A stretch of 49,085 nucleotides of DNA, filler included, from Catajapyx aquilonaris (lineage: Eukaryota), in NCBI GenBank assembly GCA_000934665.2. It is 2 parts of 2 records of this genome, joined end to end, with 100 filler letters (N's around TTAATTAATTAA, not from the genome) between each part and the next. Parts side by side here need not be neighbours in the genome. Positions count along the whole stretch, not along the records: positions 24,577 to 49,085 come from KZ539363.1; 1 more part is not named here. One strand, written 5' to 3'. The notes below the pieces were generated by a model. That model worked only from the letters and a program-made list of their open reading frames with translations, had not been told where the DNA came from and did not search any database. Positions 47,937 to 49,085 of this stretch are shown here, one piece after another (position 1 is the stretch's first letter; every line of letters starts with the position of its first letter). Both the position numbers and the translations under genes were made by a program.

Positions 47937-49085
47937 GCGTGATTAGAATAGACTTTTTCTGGTACTGTTCTGTTTCCTAATAACCACTATGCATATTTTC
48001 TGGAACAGGCCTACCCTTTATTGTTATATAGTCAACAATCCCACGACCATATAGACCTTTCACATTTTCATGGAGTAAACAGTGTCAACAATGACTGCAT
48101 TTCCATGGAGCAACAATAAAGGGTAGGACTGTTCCAGAATAATGTGCATAGTGGGTATCAGGAAACGGAAAAGTACCCCTTTTCTCATTCTTTCACCGTG
48201 TAAGGGCTGCACGCAGTGGTGCTCCGACCCCGGTTTCATGCACAAAAGTCTAAAACTCATTCGATCCCGATCATCGTGAAACTCGGTATATTTACGTTGT
48301 TGGAGGTCCACATGCCAATTTTAGTGGTTTGAGCCCAATACGGACAATTTCGACAATTTAGCCTACATACCAGTGTGACAGATAACACCCTCATAAGAAC
48401 AGATCGAAATTTCAGAGTTATGCCTCTGTAGAGTCTTTTAAGCTTTAACATAGCTTGAAATTGCCTCTGTGGATATCAACTGACTTGCCAGTGGCATATT
48501 TGTGGATCAGAAAGGGTTAATATTTTAAAATTGGCATGTGGACCTCACATGGGATCCTCCTAATTTCCTGGCTACACATTAATAGCTGCGCTGCTGGTGG
48601 ATTTTGATTTTGTGAGGAAGAGCACGAGAACCCCAAGAAAACCCGTCAGAACAAGATGAGAACCTATTGAAACCCTTCCCGCATGAAAATCCTCTATGTC
48701 TGATGAGAGAATGGAATGTGGGACCTCAGAGGTGGAAGGTTCCCAGGTAGCACAAAAAGTTGGGCCAATATTGGACGAATGTTGTGGGCCAATATTGGCT
48801 CCAATATTGGCCCAACTTTTTGTGCTACCTGGTTGTATCATACAATAGCATAAATCATTGGCATTAACCCTGGAACCGTGCCATGCCTGAAAGTTACGGT
48901 AACCGTGCCGTGGGGTCTTTTAGGACCCCACGCCATATTTTAATTTTTATTAATTTTAATGTAATACTTTTCAATGTATTGACTATAATATATATATATA
49001 CAGGGTGATCCAACTCTATGGCACCAGTAGTTATTGAAAAAATCGCGCAAGCTGCTTGTTTATAAGCAAGTCGTTGCTAAGAGAT

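Overview
Eukaryotic, most likely arthropod, genomic DNA: intron-rich, dense in transposable elements, with several assembly gaps. The main gene is a minus-strand casein kinase I delta/epsilon (doubletime/dco-type). I mapped six coding exons with GT-AG junctions between 47433 and 27748, giving aa 1-295 (the complete kinase domain), but could not identify a C-terminal tail exon. On the same strand 5.4 kb downstream is an intronless 428-aa BTB + 8-zinc-finger ORF. The left part holds a reconstructed 3-exon 261-aa orphan gene, a stranded frameshifted last exon of Rad6/UBE2A, a stop-interrupted plus-strand orphan gene, and a CRE/E-box promoter-like segment. The rest is mobile DNA: an RTE-type LINE remnant, an RNase H LINE 3' end, three tRNA-derived SINE families with swapped tails, a solo LTR, Merlin and mariner transposase remnants, many MITEs including a triple nest, and a group of long fold-back elements with CAAGG termini and 3-bp TSDs. 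I see no CRISPR, rRNA or true tRNA genes. All calls are by eye; no database searches were run.
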